NCBI GenBank assembly: GCA_030390025.1
Contig: CM059449.1
Span: 33,914,001-33,978,000 of the forward strand
DNA from: Squalus acanthias
Taxonomy: Eukaryota
Length of the DNA stretch: 64,000 nt
Reading direction: 5' to 3'
The notes under the pieces are model-generated. The model ran no database searches, was not told the DNA's origin, and saw only the letters and a list, made by a program, of their open reading frames with translations. The position numbers and the translations under genes are program-made. Shown here piece after piece: positions 62,655-64,000 of this stretch (positions are counted from its first letter, which is position 1; each line of letters starts with the position of its first letter).

Positions 62655-64000
62655 GTAGAAGATTCAAAAGCCTCTGATTGATGAAATGTCTGCTCATCTC
62701 AGCCCTAAATGGCCGCGCCCTTCTCCTGAACTGTGCCCCTAGTTCTAGACTCTCCAGCCAGGGGAAACAGCCTCTCGGCATCCACCCTTTCAATCCCCCT
62801 CAGAACCGCTCCTCCTCTGATACCCAGTGTTAGTAACAAGCACGGGCGAGTCAGGTATATGCCGTTGGATGCATATTAAAGCTCCCTCCACCAACTCAAT
62901 AAAGTTCCTCTGCTCCAACCTTGGAGGAGCGCCCCCTCCTGCATCACTGTGCAATGTTCTATTCTCTCTGGATGAAACCACATCCATTTAGTCCATTAAG
63001 TCACTTTTCAAATTACAGTAACATTAGTTGGTGTACCTTTATTCTCAATGGTAATGCCAATTTCGTATCCATGCTGCCGCTGTCCCTTTCAGTCCATGGG
63101 CTTCAATTTTGCTGGCAAGCCTATTACGTTGCATTTTGTAGAACGCCTTTTGGAAATCCATGTACATTAGGTCAACCACATTACCCTCATCAACCATCTC
63201 TGTTACCTCAGCAAAAAACTCGATCAAGTTGGTTAAATACGATTTGCCTTTAACAAATCCGTGCTGGCTTTCCTTAATTAATCCACCCCTATACAAGTGA
63301 TTTGATTTTGTCCCTGATTTCTGTTTCTGAAAGCCGCCACACTACCGCGGTTAAATTGACTGGCCTCTAGTTGCTGGGTTTATCTTTATACCCTTTTTTG
63401 AACAATGGTGTAACATTTGCAATAGCCTTGTCCTCTTGCACCACCCCCGTATCTATGGAGGGTTGGAATATTATGACCAGTACCTCTGCGATTTCCACCC
63501 TCGATTTCTTCAGCATCCTAGGATGCACCCCATCTGCTCCTGGTGATTTATCTACTTTAAGCACAGCCAGCCTTTATAATACCTCTTCTTTATCAATTTT
63601 CATCCTATTAAATGTCTCTACTACCTCCTCCTTCACAATGTCTATGGCAGCATCCTCTTCCTTGGTGAAGACAGATGCAAAGTAATCATTTAGCACCTCA
63701 ACTATACACTCGGCCTCTATGCGTAGGTCTCCTTTTTGGTCCCTAATCGGCCCCACCCCTCCTCTTACTACCTTTTTACTATTTATATGCCTATAGAAGA
63801 CTTTCGGATTACCTTTTATGTTGGCTGCCATTCTATTCTCATATCCTCTCTTTGCCCCTCTTATTTTCTTTTACACTTCTCCTCTGACCTTTCTATATAT
63901 AGCCTGATTCTCAGATGTATTTGCAACCTGACATCTGTCATACTTGCTCTTTTTCTGCTTCATCATATTGGCTATCTGTTTCGTCATCAAGGGAGCTCTG
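62655..64000 (-). mobile_element. CR1 ORF2 fragments
   Basis: LNDYFASVFT, KSPG, QHGF and MDFQKAF motifs. Confidence 0.85.

Overview
This is repeat-rich vertebrate genomic DNA, almost certainly from a cartilaginous fish, judging by the DeuSINEs, shark-type CR1/L2 LINEs, GPR139-like GPCR and MHC class I exons. Two host genes can be assembled, lying tail to tail. The first is a two-exon GPR139/142-like rhodopsin GPCR (+, 18102-22217, ~319 aa). The second is a non-classical MHC class I-like gene (-, 38827-23984) with leader, alpha1, alpha2, TM and cytoplasmic exons that splice in frame (257 aa), but no visible alpha3 Ig exon. A second, frameshifted alpha1 exon lies at 49747-50006. A 7.2-kb class III-like endogenous retrovirus (9588-16765; 503-bp LTRs, tRNA-Ser PBS, 5-bp TSD) lacks RT/PR, has two divergent RNaseH-integrase-Zn modules, and hides a 75-aa membrane ORF between pol and env. 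A young Neptune-type Penelope element with a hammerhead ribozyme sits ~310 bp upstream of the MHC ATG. There are also eight ~0.7-kb Harbinger-type MITEs with conserved hairpin architecture, many short palindromic MITEs, and CR1/L2/Tx1 fragments. All calls were made by eye, and boundaries of degraded repeats are approximate.
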